DNA of 61,728 bases, the filler included, from Sphacelaria rigidula (taxonomy: Eukaryota), in the NCBI GenBank assembly GCA_964200075.2. It is 11 parts of 11 records of this genome, joined end to end, with 100 filler letters (N's around TTAATTAATTAA, not from the genome) between each part and the next. Parts side by side here need not be neighbours in the genome. Positions count along the whole stretch, not along the records: positions 1 to 5,521 come from CAXNAA020026658.1; positions 5,622 to 11,142 come from CAXNAA020026659.1; positions 11,243 to 16,763 come from CAXNAA020026660.1; 8 more parts are not named here. One strand, given 5' to 3'. The notes below the pieces were generated by a model that saw only the letters and a program-made list of their open reading frames with translations, ran no database searches and was not told the DNA's origin. The translations under genes and the position numbers were made by a program. Positions 1-12,360 of this stretch are shown piece by piece; the stretch's first letter is position 1, and each line of letters opens with the position of its first letter.

Positions 1-564
1 GGTGCTCCGTCTCGAAAGGGATGCGTGGTCAATGATCAAACGACTAAGGCAAGCAACAAATGAGTACGCCCCCTTCCCCTCCCACTGTATAATAACTGGG
101 ATGTTGAAGGGTGCTCGGACAAAATGGATCAAGTGGCGCACTTAAACTGTTGTTCATCACGCACACGCAGAACAAGACTCAAGTTTTCGGTTGTTTTGAG
201 GCTGAGACCGCCCCCGGCATTCAGTGATGTTTTTTGCGATACGTCGGGCGTCTGTAGTCATACTGTCCTTAGAGTACCCACACACGTGAAGGTCTTCTCA
301 ACATTTACGAGGATAGCTTTGTTTGTAAACTGCTCAGCGCTGTACGGTACAGCAGAGGTGATATATGGCACTAACAAATGTCGACCAAGCCCCCATCGCT
401 TTTCCGCCAAATACAGCTGCATCTACCATCCGCTATGGGCTTTTGCATTCTGCTCTTATGACTCTCAATTTATGTATGGCATTGGTTACAGCCACATATC
501 TCCCCCAACCCTCTTCCCCGCTCTTGATATTCCACACCGGGCCCTCCACCCTGTTACAATGCAG

Positions 565-697
565 GTTCGTTGCGCTAAGTCGTGGATATCGGGCATGCAG
601 TACTCCGAGGACGGGCGTTTGCTGGCCGTAGCATCGAGCAGCGGACCTGTATACGTGCACGATGCAATGGACCACTACAGTCTCAAGGCAACGATCG
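565..697 (+). CDS. Internal exon A of an EML/EMAP-like WD40 beta-propeller protein (partial gene)
   Basis: tgcag|GTT acceptor and ATCG|gtgag donor. Encodes VRCAKSWISGMQYSEDGRLLAVASSSGPVYVHDAMDHYSLKATI, a WD40 blade. Phase 1 end matches the next exon. Confidence 0.85.
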
Positions 698-1664
698 GTG
701 AGCAAAGCACGCAAGGTCAGGGTCACTCAATTACGAGGGAAGGGTGTGGAAAGTGTGCGTCCCATTCCTGTCGCGGTTATTTGATGTAGGCGGTTGTCTA
801 ATGTCAGGCCTTGGCTTGAGAACATTGGACGAAATATTCAACGCAGAGAAGCCGCGCGGTATCGATGCCGCTTCCTCTCTCCCTGTTGTGTGTGCCGCGA
901 GAGAGATCGCGTATTCCATAAATGTCATGGCGAATGAACACGCTGTCCGTGGTATGTTTTCATGGAACCCGTGGGGCCAAGCAACGGCGCTTTTTTTACC
1001 GTTGAAGACGCGTCGCACTGCGGTAGGGTGTTGCCTGAGATGGTAGTCAGCGTCAAAGTGTGCTGTAGCTTCACGCATAATTAGAACCTCCAGTTGAAGC
1101 AATGATCGACGACGTTGTCTTGAAGAACGGCGCTGCGTTCGCCTCTGTTTTTCTTCGTTGCTCACGTTCACACGCTTTCCCCCCGTCTTCAACGCAGCCG
1201 GAAACACAAGGACCGTGTAGGGACTGAAATAATCTTCGAAAAATATCGCTGAGTTTTTCCGTCGGGGCATTTCTTGAACTAACACCTTGGTGCACTGTGT
1301 GCAACGGCCGTTCTTGTTGAACCTCCGACCTTTGTACACTGTTTTTTTCGTGCAAGGTATTTTGATCCTTGTTTATTGTTCAAGACTACGAAAGCTTTAC
1401 ATTCTTCGTCCAGAAACTGACTCCTTGTCAGAAAGCTGCGAGTCCTCTGCTCTTATTCGTCGGATGTTCACGGTGGGTGGCTTCTGTAGCCGACCACCTC
1501 GTCAGACAAAGAACTCAGCAGTGATGTTGCCGATAGAAAGCTCGCGTTGTATCGCTCCTCTGTCGGTCGTAGTCGCCAAGGAGATACAATTCAGTAGGCC
1601 AGCAGTGCGGAACAGCAAATGCCGGTGTGTGTACAGACACGTGATGGAGAGTAGGGCATCAACA

Positions 1665-1867
1665 ATTGATTGATTGATTGATTGATTATCTCACGTGAGC
1701 TGATTGCAACAATCCAGCCCGTGGTCAGGAGCAGCAAAAATAGAACAGACTAATAAAACAAATACAATAAAGAAAGAAAAAAATAGAAAAACGACAGAAG
1801 CAAGGGCCTCAGAAAGGAAAGAATGGGGGCAGCGATAACAACAAAAAACACCACCACCACCAGCACC

Positions 1868-1902
<35 letters not shown>

Positions 1903-2270
1903 GAAACAATAACAGGAACAAACAACAACAGCGGTAAGAACAAAATAACGACAAAGACAAAGACAAACACAAGCACGAACAAAGATAAAAGGATGATGAT
2001 CGGGCATTACGTAGCAGATTGCAACCCTCCAGCTCGTTATCAGAAACAAAAAGGAAAAACATGAAAAAAAGGAGAAAAAAATGAAAGAAAGGGGAACAAA
2101 AATAGTAATAGAACGTAAATAAAAGGGAATACAATAGACAAGAAGACAGAGCCAGGCTCGTTCCGGCAGCGGGGGGGGGGGAAGGGGGGGGAAGCACAGA
2201 CGAAACAAACAGCAAACAAAAAAAAGAAGAAACCACCAGGAACAAAAGATGAAACAAAGCAGAGATGGGG
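1665..2270 (-). repeat. Interspersed repeat with (GTT)n body and (CAAT)n tail, SINE/LINE-like 3' end, inside the EML intron
   Basis: Clear homology to 12472-12790 and, reverse complement, to 16480-16763. Shared tail CACGGGCTGGAT...AATCAATCAATC. Confidence 0.75.
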
Positions 2271-2555
2271 ACCAAATACATGCCAATACTCTAGCGTTGC
2301 TACCTCGGGGCTATGGGCCACGAGATTGATTGAGAGCCGGAACATATACTATACAAAACCACTCTAATTAGTACTTGTCATAGGCAGCCCCGCGACAATT
2401 AAGTTAGTGGCCAGCGACCGGCGACGCCCGAACTCTTCTGTTCGATTGCATCAGAATTGTTCTCGAATATAGGTGGAGGCAACGGTGGAGCTCTTGTATC
2501 CCACGTGTATTTGCCCGTGCGTCCGACTGGGCTCCTTTTGTTCTCTTGCTAACAG

Positions 2556-2631
2556 CGAAACCCGAAGATGGTAGCTTTGTTACCAGTTTGGACTTTGCCG
2601 CCGATGGAGAGACGATACAAGCCTACACGAG
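2556..2631 (+). CDS. Internal exon B of EML-like WD40 protein
   Basis: Pyrimidine tract + ctaacag acceptor and AG|gtacgt donor. Encodes (A)KPEDGSFVTSLDFAADGETIQAYT, resembling the EML motif FITHLDWS.DG..LQ. Confidence 0.85.
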
Positions 2632-3955
2632 GTACGTGCACAAAATACCCCGAAACGCTAGGTGGGACACGGTGAAACAACTTTTGAATTATGGGTTTAC
2701 AGGTGCTTCAACCGTCGACCTACAGTAGTGGCATACGTGGATATGAGTGCATTCTGCGGTACACGGGTGGAGGTTGAGCGATGCACACCCCACAAAACTC
2801 GACCGACAGCAGTTGTAGGCTTACCGACGGCTCTGCTTCTACGCTGAGACGGCAACATGCGGATGCTGGTGATTTGTACACGCACGTTCAATACACACCA
2901 ACGTACGCACATGCATACATAGGTCCCTACATGCAGGCAAACGGCGGGCACGCAGATCCAGAAAATCTATGGAACAATACCACCGCGCCGCCGGGGTCTA
3001 ACGGTACAATGGTCACCATTAGGGTGAAGAAGATTCGTACATCGAGTAGCTCATGAGCTGTCGAAAGGAACTACTCGAAAGGAACTCTCAGAACTCTCAG
3101 ATTCGTTGTTCGAGAATACACACATACGTGGCAGCGGGGTCCGAGAAGTCGCAGCGCTACCTTTGCGCGACTCCGCGTGCTCGGCATCCAGCACGCTGTA
3201 GTGAGCAAATGGGAAAAGATGAGCCAAACGAGCTAGCTCATGGTCTGGACCAGTACGCGAATAGTAGGCAATACTCGGGTAGCTGTCCGGCGTGTGAAAA
3301 GATTCCCGCGACGTGCGTTTGGGGTGTTTCCCCCAACATCATGTGATTTCCGCCTTTGACAGCGTGAGGACGTAAGTAGCAACAATGCTTTGGCTGAGCT
3401 TGTTTGATAGAGAGTTGACGAGGTGGGGAGTGGTGATGGTCATCATCCAGTCCGCGAGACCAAAATGCGAGGCTTGTGCCAGAGAGGAGGCGAGATGATC
3501 CCTCGAGGCCATGGGCTCGCCCTGAGGGAGGGAAGGGGATGAGAGTGTGACGAATATGCACTTATGTACAAGTGAAGTGGCCAACATAGTCCACGATATC
3601 GAGTCTATACCATGCAAATGTGCTACAACTCTCCCGTTTCCGTACGTACGTAATCATCACAAATATATGACACTCTCCATTTCTCCCAGCTAAGTATCGC
3701 CCTTGAATGCCCGGGTTGAGACCCATAATGCGCTCATTTCCCCCGTTCGTGGACCTCGGCATTCAAGTGTGGTAGATCTGATTATGTTGCACAATGATGC
3801 GGAGGTCGTGAATGTTGGTTGATTACAACTTGTACAACAACCGAGTAAGGTTCAAACCTTACTGCCAGACTTATCACACTCCGTTCGCGTCCACTCCGCG
3901 CCGGGGGACCATCCCTACCCCACCTTTTGCCGTGTCAATCTGTGATTTCGCGCAG

Positions 3956-4070
3956 TTCTAAGGACTTGCTGTTCTTTAGGACTGCCGACGGGCGTCAAGT
4001 AACTGCAAAAAGCAAAACAAAAGATCTCGCGTTCCAGACCCAGTCGTGCCCTGCTGGATGGATGGTACAG
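3956..4070 (+). CDS. Internal exon C of EML-like WD40 protein
   Basis: cgcag acceptor and CAG|gtgcga donor. Encodes (S)SKDLLFFRTADGRQVTAKSKTKDLAFQTQSCPAGWMVQ, resembling EML W.T.TC.LGW.VQ. Phases are consistent with flanking exons. Confidence 0.85.
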
Positions 4071-4820
4071 GTGCGAGGAGATGCGCACGTGATCGTTGTC
4101 GTCGCCGTCATCGTCGTTGCTGCTGCTAATGCTGCTAATGCTGCTGCTACTGCTGCTGCTATTTTTGTTGTTATGGATTAGTTGATTGATGGGGTGAGCG
4201 TATTGGGGGTGTTCGTCGGGATTCATGGTAAAAATGTTCAAAGCACAGTGATCAGCGACGCCAACGTGTCATCCATGAAGGCGCCAAGTGCCCCCAGTCA
4301 CCATTGGATGCGATGCTCGTAAATAAATACATCGACTGTGAAACCCTTCGAGTTTGCTGGAATACCGGATGGGTAAGGAAACATCGTTGCTGACGCAAAC
4401 CCCCTTGATAATCAAACCCAACCCAGGCGTCCGTTCGTCCTTGACCGCGCGCCGTTTCTTCCCAACAGCATCCTTATCTACCCCTTCCTTCAATCTTCAA
4501 TTTTGCACTTCTGGGGGGAACACCCTCTTCCAAAACGTGAAATACGCATTGTCTTTGTTGCGCTTTCCTCTCCCTTACGGTGATGCACGTCAGACACAAA
4601 ATTGGCGTGATAACGTGTATTCAATGTATTGCAGACATCTTCGCGTCGACCATATCGATATACGACGCGATCACCCTACCATCGATGCCGACTGGACACT
4701 GGACATATGAAGGCATCCTTCTCCTGGTATTGTTCATCCTTGTTTTATTTCCTGATGGCGATAACAAAATCTCGAGTATCGAGGCACGCATTCCTATCCA
4801 CATCCACTCCTCGCGATCAG

Positions 4821-4966
4821 GCTGCATGGCCGCTGACAAGGCCCGATCTGGAGCCGGTCACGGTGGACCGCCGCAGTCCCTCGTCATCGTCGATGGTAGA
4901 AGGTCAACGGCAACTCGGCACCTTGCTGGCCGCGGGCTACGCCACTGGCGAGCTTCAAATCTTCCG
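4821..4966 (+). CDS. Internal exon D of EML-like WD40 protein
   Basis: atcag acceptor and CG|gtacgg donor. Encodes AAWPLTRPDLEPVTVDRRS...LLAAGYATGELQIFR, resembling EML GIWP...VDRS...LLATGDDFG.VKLFRYP. The gene continues beyond the contig. Confidence 0.85.
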
Positions 4967-5521
4967 GTACGGCCAGTCAAAGCAGAAAATAAACACTGAA
5001 CAACTAGCCGGTACCGCTGCACCCACCATATGCTTGTGCCAGGGGCACCCGAATACCGGAACATTGGATATGTGCGACACCCCCCTCCCGGGGGTAATTG
5101 TTACTGTTCGATACCCAAGAGTTGAAACAAGCCTGCTCGAACGTCATTTGCTCCTCCCTCCTGTTCTCACTTCATCACACTCGTTATTTACGTTTTTCTC
5201 AGTCTTTCCCCTTCCTCGAGTTCCCTCGACGAGTTCTCCGTCTACTTACCCCGGGTGTATCTATGTTGTGACGACGGTTAGATTCGTCGAAAACTCCAAT
5301 GCGGCACAAATAATCGACAAACCGAATCAATCACCTTTTGAAGAAAGGTTGTCATGTTCTAGGAACGGGATACCGAACATGCCCCGGATAGCAACTCCAC
5401 GCACTAGGAGAAGCACCAATTTTTCCGGATATCACCCCCCCCCCCCCCCCCCCCCCTCGAGCAAAACCGCACACCACCCCCCCCCCTCTCTCTACTAGCA
5501 ACCCCCCCCCCCGGCCCGGTC

Positions 5522-5621
5522 NNNNNNNNNNNNNNNNNNNNNNNNNNNNNNNNNNNNNNNNNNNNTTAATTAATTAANNNNNNNNNNNNNNNNNNNNNNN
5601 NNNNNNNNNNNNNNNNNNNNN
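5522..5621. other. Artificial contig spacer (44 N + TTAATTAATTAA six-frame stop linker + 44 N); ten in the window
   Basis: Identical linkers start at 5566, 11187, 16808, 22429, 28050, 33671, 39292, 44913, 50533 and 56153, spaced 5621/5620 bp apart. Confidence 0.99.
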
Positions 5622-5864
5622 GCGGCCAATCTCGAAACCTCGGAGCCAAGCGAATCTGAGAAGCAGCTAGGCTCCTCTCTGTGGCGTGATGCAAAGTGTC
5701 CGAGACGTGTGTTGGCGGTTTTCCCTGTTTGGGGGTCAAAAGGTGGGTCAAACGTGCCAAAAGTGAACAATCCGTGGGCCAAAAATCTGTGTGCCATAAC
5801 ATCCCGCCTTACTCTATTTACCTGCTTACCCTCCGCCTCCCCCTCGCCTCCTAGTTCCCTTTGA

Positions 5865-6010
5865 AGATTGACGTCGGTTGGCAACGACGCTGTAAAACAC
5901 GCCACTCATTGCGTGAGCTAGGCAACCAGGTTGCCGTTTTTGTTGCGCTTGCGTCTTTTTTGCGCTAACCATGACGGTGGTCGAGCTAAATCATGTTGTG
6001 CAGGGTGGGA
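5865..6010 (+). repeat. Interspersed repeat, reverse-complement homologue of 33727-33870
   Basis: GCGTGAGCTAGGCAACCAGGTTGCCGTTTTT here versus AAAAAACGGTAACCTGGTTGCCTAGCTTACGC at ~33795. Confidence 0.8.
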
Positions 6011-6099
6011 GAACCTCAATTCTGCGCAAAGGGGATGATGAAACTACGTAATGTATAAATGGCGAGACACCCGTGAGGCAGTGTGGGTCCCGTGGCTGT

Positions 6100-6650
6100 T
6101 TCTGGGAGTGGCGATACCAGAGAATGAAGCAACTTACTGAAGGCTGTCATCCATATGCAAGATGTTTCATACACTTGGGGTCGAAAATCTTAGCAAGATG
6201 TAGCTCACCCTTCACGCGACTCGCAGAACACATCACGGTGCTTCGCGCTTGGTGATTGATTACGAGCCCGGTCCGGAGAAAACCCGGCGTGCTCCGTTCC
6301 GGCTTTGTAGGGATGCGAGGCCAATGGCCATATGACTACACGGCATGCAAGGTTATGAGCACGCACCCCTTGAACACTTCCGAGGCAGCGTGTAACCCGC
6401 GCATGTCTCTGGAAGTGGCGATACTAGAAGATGAAGCAACTTATTCGAGGCTGTTATTCATATGCAAGACAATCAGTACGCTTCGGGCCTAAGAAGCTTG
6501 GCAGGATGCAGCTCATCCGTCATGCGACGCGGGGAACACACCACACCGTTCGGCGTAAACCCCAGCGTGCTCCGTTTCGGCTTTGTAGGGATGTGAGGTA
6601 CATGGTGGTACATGACTGCGGCATGCAAGATCATGAGTACATCCCCGCGC
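6100..6650 (+). repeat. Diverged tandem duplication (~280-310 bp unit) ending in the ATGAGTAC-C(n) module
   Basis: GTGGCGATAC...ATGAAGCAACTTA...CATATGCAAGA and GCTCCGTT.CGGCTTTGTAGGGATG each occur twice. Confidence 0.8.
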
Positions 6651-9600
6651 CTCCCGGTCACTCTCTACATTTTACGGTGCAAGGGTGGTGTGAAATTCTA
6701 CCCCCCTTAAGCAGTTAACATGGCCAACCTTTTGGAGGTTTCTGCACTGTACTGTACTGTCTGCCTTCGAAGGTACTTTCGCAGAGAGTGGGCACGAGGG
6801 TAGTGCCAACAGAATGGCACCATATATGAAATTCCGATTTTATCATGGTGAAGAGCCGTACCTAGAGGTTGCGGTGCTTACTGCAAGGGATCTCAGCCGG
6901 GCAACATTTGCCGCAAATTCCACCATCATAAGGGTATATCGTGGTATGTACGATACCTTTTCCCCAACATTCGGGTCACTTGCCGTGAAAGGGCACAGGG
7001 AGAGGATCACTGGCAGGTGTGTGGAAGATACGCTCCATACATATTCAGAGAACCGGAGTACTGCTCCATCCCTGAAAAAGCGAATAATAATGGAGACCGC
7101 CGAGACGCGCGCGCAGTATGGTGAAGAGCCTGGCGGATGTAGGTGTACAGCACCGACCAGATTCTCTCTATTGTGCGTTTTGATGGGCCAAATTAATGAA
7201 CCGAGCATTGCTGGGAAGTGTGCATGTCGCACGTACGAAATTAGAAGCCAAAATGCAAAGTGGAGAGAGTCAAGTCTACAAGTCTACCCTGCCAGGTCCT
7301 ATCCCGTGCTACTCATATACCTGGGCGGTTCTGTCAACCATCGCTCATCCTTGCAGGGAAAGAGCAGTACTCTGGCGCTATTACTGTACGGATCGTATCT
7401 TCTATTCACAACTCGAGGATTTTCGGAGGGCTGGATAGACCCTGTTGACGAAAAGAGCCGTGTCACACCGTTCAGTCATGATGGATCCTTTTGAGCCAAT
7501 GCCATGATAAATGTGTGAAAAAACTACAAAAAAAAAATGCAATATCTCTTCTGTATCTACGCATGCCTTCAAGAGTCTCTCGGCCGCTTATATCCCACAA
7601 CATGCGTACTGCATATACGTATTCATATATGGCAGTTGTGCGCTTACAACGATTGCATATTTCCGCGCTCATTAATCATGCAACATCCCTGCTTTTTCTC
7701 ACTCTTTCCTTTTTTCGTCATACTTTTAGCTCTCCCCTTCCTTGGGACGAAACCGCACGCCTTAAGGATCACGCCACCCATATTTCACCGCTCCGGTACA
7801 CGCTTGAGATTTCGATTTTAGCAGCTACCCACTCTCCGAGTGCGCTGATCGTACCACGGTGTAACCTAGACTCACACATGGTTACGGAGACATTGATCTT
7901 TTAAGCGATAGTTTCCCCGACCCCCGAAGCGCAGCATCTCGGTGGTCTTAGCTGCACACGAACAGCTAGTTAGTTTGGATGGAGGCGTACTCGTTTGTTG
8001 CTTGCCTTAGTCGTGCGACCTTGACCACGCATCCCTTTCGAGACGGAGCACCTCAAGTTAGGATGGGGTAGGAGTTTCCGGGTTTGAACTATTGACGGCT
8101 CATGTTCGTTTTAAGTAGAAGCTCTTACCGTCGTCGGAAAGCGTGAGGACGCGATTGGCAAGGGAAAACTCGATACAAAAGAGTCGATGGGGCTCTGCGG
8201 GAGCGCCGATACTATAGTTGATATCTTGTCAATCAAGGCCGGTCCTGTACATACAAGGCGATATTTTTGTGTCGGTGATCCCTTCGGTGAGACCACCACG
8301 GACTCGCTCAGATTGAGGGGAGAGCGCAGTTGGAAGCACGGCATGGCAAAAACAAGCAAGCAAGACAAAGGAAGGCCTGAGTGTGCCGTCCGGATGATGA
8401 GTCAGCATCATGACATGATTGTGGAAGACGAGGCATTGGAGTATGGCCATCTGTGAATGCTTAGAGGATCAATGGAGAGTGTTTCGACTTAAGAACGCCA
8501 GTTCCGATGTCGATTAACCAGCTGGACTGGAGACGTCGTAATTGACCTTACCGCCGCACACTAGCAGATCCACCACGAATGGAGCCATGGTTTCACAAGA
8601 TGGGTAGACGTATGTACGAGTAATGTCGCGATTACCCTCTCACCATACAGCGCATGATGACTGGTTTGAGACTGGATAAAGCGCCTCAAATGGGCGGCAT
8701 TTGAGCAAAAAATCGCAAGCATGGGAAGCTCCCAGCTGCTCGGTGTGCTCGGTTTTTGTCACTTTGATTCACATATACATTATGCCTCCTCAAATCAGCC
8801 ATTTTCCCGGAGAGAGTTATCGCGGCATCACTCGTACCCAAACTAAAACACATGATGAGTAGAGGGGGGAAAACTCCAAAATATGCCGTCAAACGAGTTA
8901 CTGCGGTTTACGCACACAGTTCCCCTATCCTTCTCTCCATCATTCTTTCAACTGTGGATTCCCCGTCCTCCCACCAGGTATGAAAGAACGGTGACAGAGT
9001 TTTTGTGAATGCATGTAACACCCACGGGGGAATAGAGAGTTTCTCTTGTATGAAAATCCCCATTTTCTCGCCTGCAAACTATTTACGCCCGCTGTTTTCT
9101 AATAAGTACATTAAACAGTCGATTTCTGTTCGGTTCTGTGCTGATTGGTGTATGTCAATGCCAGCAAAGTTTGGTAGTGCTGTTCGGAAGTATCTTCGAA
9201 CCTTCGGCCGGACCCAAAGCGGTCATTTTCCCTCAGTTAACAAGAGTCACTCCAATCATGTGGACGTAGTTGAGAAAATCGAACTGTTTTGTTTCTAAAG
9301 CTGTTCCGAAATTCGGTACATAACATGTTGTTACGGTGGGTGACTTCTATGCGGACGGGAGTCAGTAGAGTAGAGCAGCAAAAGCTCCAGATTGCATAAT
9401 TGACGCCCCCCTCTGCGGGCTGATTCATGCGGGATCGGCGGGGTGCGCGTGCGATCAGCAACTTACGCCCATTAGAGTTCTGTTCCTGTTCCTACAGTAT
9501 ATGCCTGACCGCCAGTACTGTATCCGTTGCTTGAACCGCACCCATCGATGATGCGACAACCGCCCGCTCGTAACGGAAGGGCCTAGCTTACCCGTGACAC

Positions 9601-11072
9601 CATCCCCAAGAGACCAGTGAGGTGTTTCACAAACCCATGTATCACAAAAGACCGACGCGTTGTGAGTTGTGAGTCCATTTATTTGTCGATGCGGAGAGAC
9701 TCGGGAACCATTTCCGGGGAGAAAGGGGCGTGGTCGTTGTGGGGACCGTGAACGGCAAATGAGCAGGAAAATAGCCGAATGTGTGGGCGCCATGGTTGAA
9801 GTTGGCGCGTAGACTTCCTGGCACAGTGTAGAGAGCGATGGCCTAGCAGAGGTACGTTCTCGGCGGATCGGTAGATCAGATAAGGTACGATTGAAAAAGA
9901 ATCTCTAGATCAGTTATACCTCGGCCAAATGTGGCCTACAGAAGGTAAGCGGATTCTGGAGGCGAATTGTCCGTTTTCGCTTGGCCATATCTCTCGAGTA
10001 AAATGTTTTTTTTTCGTGTATTTTCGAGTTCTGTGTGCCAATGGCCCCCCGAACGATTTGCGTGAACAATCCGAAGCGAAAACGGTCAATATGGTGTGTT
10101 TGGCTGTTTTCGCGTTTCCGGCCATTTTCCGTACCTTTCCTGGGCAAAAAACGAGAAGGTATACCTTTTCTAGTCCATTGTCCTTCAAAAAATAAAGGTA
10201 GGTTAACGTTTCGCTCGAAAATATAATAGTTACGTTACGTGACGTTCATCACTTGAAAAAAAACGTTCACGCTACGTTTCGGCCAAAACGTGACGTGAAC
10301 ATAACGTGTAACTTTGTGGCACGTGTAAGCTGTATACCCCTGAAAACATCGAGGGTGAAGCTCTTCATCATTGAGGATGAGGAAGCCCCGGAACAGTGCG
10401 CGGAAAGTGTCGTCGATGTAGTTGTTTTCCGAAAAATATTTCTGGAGTTGTGGAGGACATCGCAACAATTTGGAAGCGACCTCGACCAAGTTGGGAGTGC
10501 AAGGGGGGAACGCTGCACCGGTTTGTCTTCAACACGACCCCGCAACCAAGTTAATAACGCACCGGGGGCAGCCGGCGGCGGTTTATTATGATCTTCTATA
10601 CATGATGTGATGTTGTACAAATGGCACAGTTAACAGTGTTTTCGTGATATTAGGAGTAGATGATGCGATTGAGAGTGAAAAGCGGTCAATTTGTGAATGA
10701 ATTCCGAAATGCCACTGCACGATGCCAAATATGCTTCCTGCAGTAGCTTGTCACTGAGGCCCTTGATATCCGTGAGTGAGATATCGATGTGTAGCTATAA
10801 GCACACGCCAGTGATACAGGCAAACAAAAGCACACGCGGAATGAAAAATTGGCTACGTTAAAGCGAATGGTCAAAGTCGCTCTCAATCAACGCTCTACTC
10901 CCAATCTCACGAAACGTTGTTAGTTCTACAGATCAGTTGTATACGAAAGTATGTGTGTGAAGCGGGTCGTACAGCTCGTCGCTCGGCAAATATGTACGAG
11001 TCAAGTGGGTCCTACGTATCAGCATCGGACAAACGTGCACGGGTGACAGCACACCTCGGACAGATCATGATC

Positions 11073-11142
11073 TAACAGCCGATCCTAATTTTTGGGGTTG
11101 AAACAAAATATGAGGTTGAAGTCCCATTTCTCCATTGCAGGG
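11073..11142 (+). repeat. End of a high-copy repeat that breaks the assembly
   Basis: TAACAGCCGATCCTAATTTTTGGGGTTGAAACAAAATATGAGGTTGAAGTCCCAT is identical at 50424-50478. Both copies lie at contig ends. Confidence 0.85.
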
Positions 11143-12360
11143 NNNNNNNNNNNNNNNNNNNNNNNNNNNNNNNNNNNNNNNNNNNNTTAATTAATTAANN
11201 NNNNNNNNNNNNNNNNNNNNNNNNNNNNNNNNNNNNNNNNNNCCAGGCACCTTGGTCGTGGGGCTGAGGTGCTGGAATGTGTTTTCGAGGTGTTCAGCCA
11301 GCGTGCAGCGCCGCGCCCCAAAGCGAAAAAAGCGTTACCCTTTTTTTTTTTCCAAAAGCACCAGGGTGTACCATTTTTTGCATATTGCCCTAATTGTTTT
11401 CTTCATGCCCCATGCATTGTCCATACCAAATTTTACGCTCCAACTCTAGATGTTGGGCTGAGCATGGGCCTGCAAACTTCAAATCCGCCTCTGGGCTGGC
11501 CCAGCTCGTGTAGCGTTCCCGAGTTTTTCCGGAGTGTTTTCTGGGTGCCAATTTTGACTGAAACGTAGTAATTTTCTCGAACACAGGGTGGACCGGAAAA
11601 AACCGGGAAGGAGGGTACACGCCACGATGTGATCATTTTCACGAGGCACAAAATTCAGGCGAGCTGTGGAAAGACAAGAAGAGCTACCGTAGTGAATTCT
11701 GCGTATCCCTCTGCCGATGACTTACAGCATGCAGTCCACATGTATGCAGTGGACGGGGATGACAAAGCTGTATATAGGCAGCTGATTTCGGTAGCTGAGA
11801 ATTACCCAAAACGTGCAAGGGAGTATGCAGCGGTAGCTGCTCCTTCAGTCGGAGAGGCGTACTACACTGCACTGTACTATAATGTCGTATGCATGCGCGC
11901 CGCAACGTTGATACCCTTCGAAGAGAATTTGCCGCGTGCAACAAAGAGGGAAATGGCGGCCCATCTTGCTTGCTACATCAGATGTACACTACCTAATGCG
12001 CACCCTGCACCTGAAATAGATTGCATGAAACTTTCGGTCTTCGTCATAACCCTGCGGTTACATACGCGGATTTCCATCAAAACGCCACTGTTTCGTGCAG
12101 ACGCCAAACACGTTATTCATTTCCTAACCAGCTGCTCCTGACCAATGAGGCTTTTTTCTTTTCACGTTATTCAGGAGGCCCTGTCCCAAAAGGGCTAATC
12201 GAAAATTCCAGATATTGCGAAATCGCGATAATCGCGATCTTCGATTTCCGATTTCGGAGGATCCTGGGGGAAACAATGTGCCGAAGGCGAGTCTGTTTCA
12301 CAGGGATACGGCGTGTTGGTTTTTTGGGTCAGGTTTTTGTTACTTCCTCCTGATCTTCGC

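Noticed and set aside
124..789. 221-aa ORF as a complete gene
   Set aside because: Only 565-697 is a splice-bounded WD40 exon; the rest is intron read-through. The same applies to 4629-5498.
1691..2345. Hydrophobic 'membrane protein' ORFs (also 12502-13038, 16431-16819, 29471-30076)
   Set aside because: Translations of GTT/T-rich microsatellite and low-complexity repeat sequence.
5566..5577. Regularly spaced TTAATTAATTAA palindromes as a biological periodic signal
   Set aside because: Embedded in N runs at fixed offsets; a standard six-frame-stop assembly linker.
11629..12141. 170-aa ORF
   Set aside because: No recognisable motif, non-ATG start and no convincing splice pair. Cannot be supported without a homology search.
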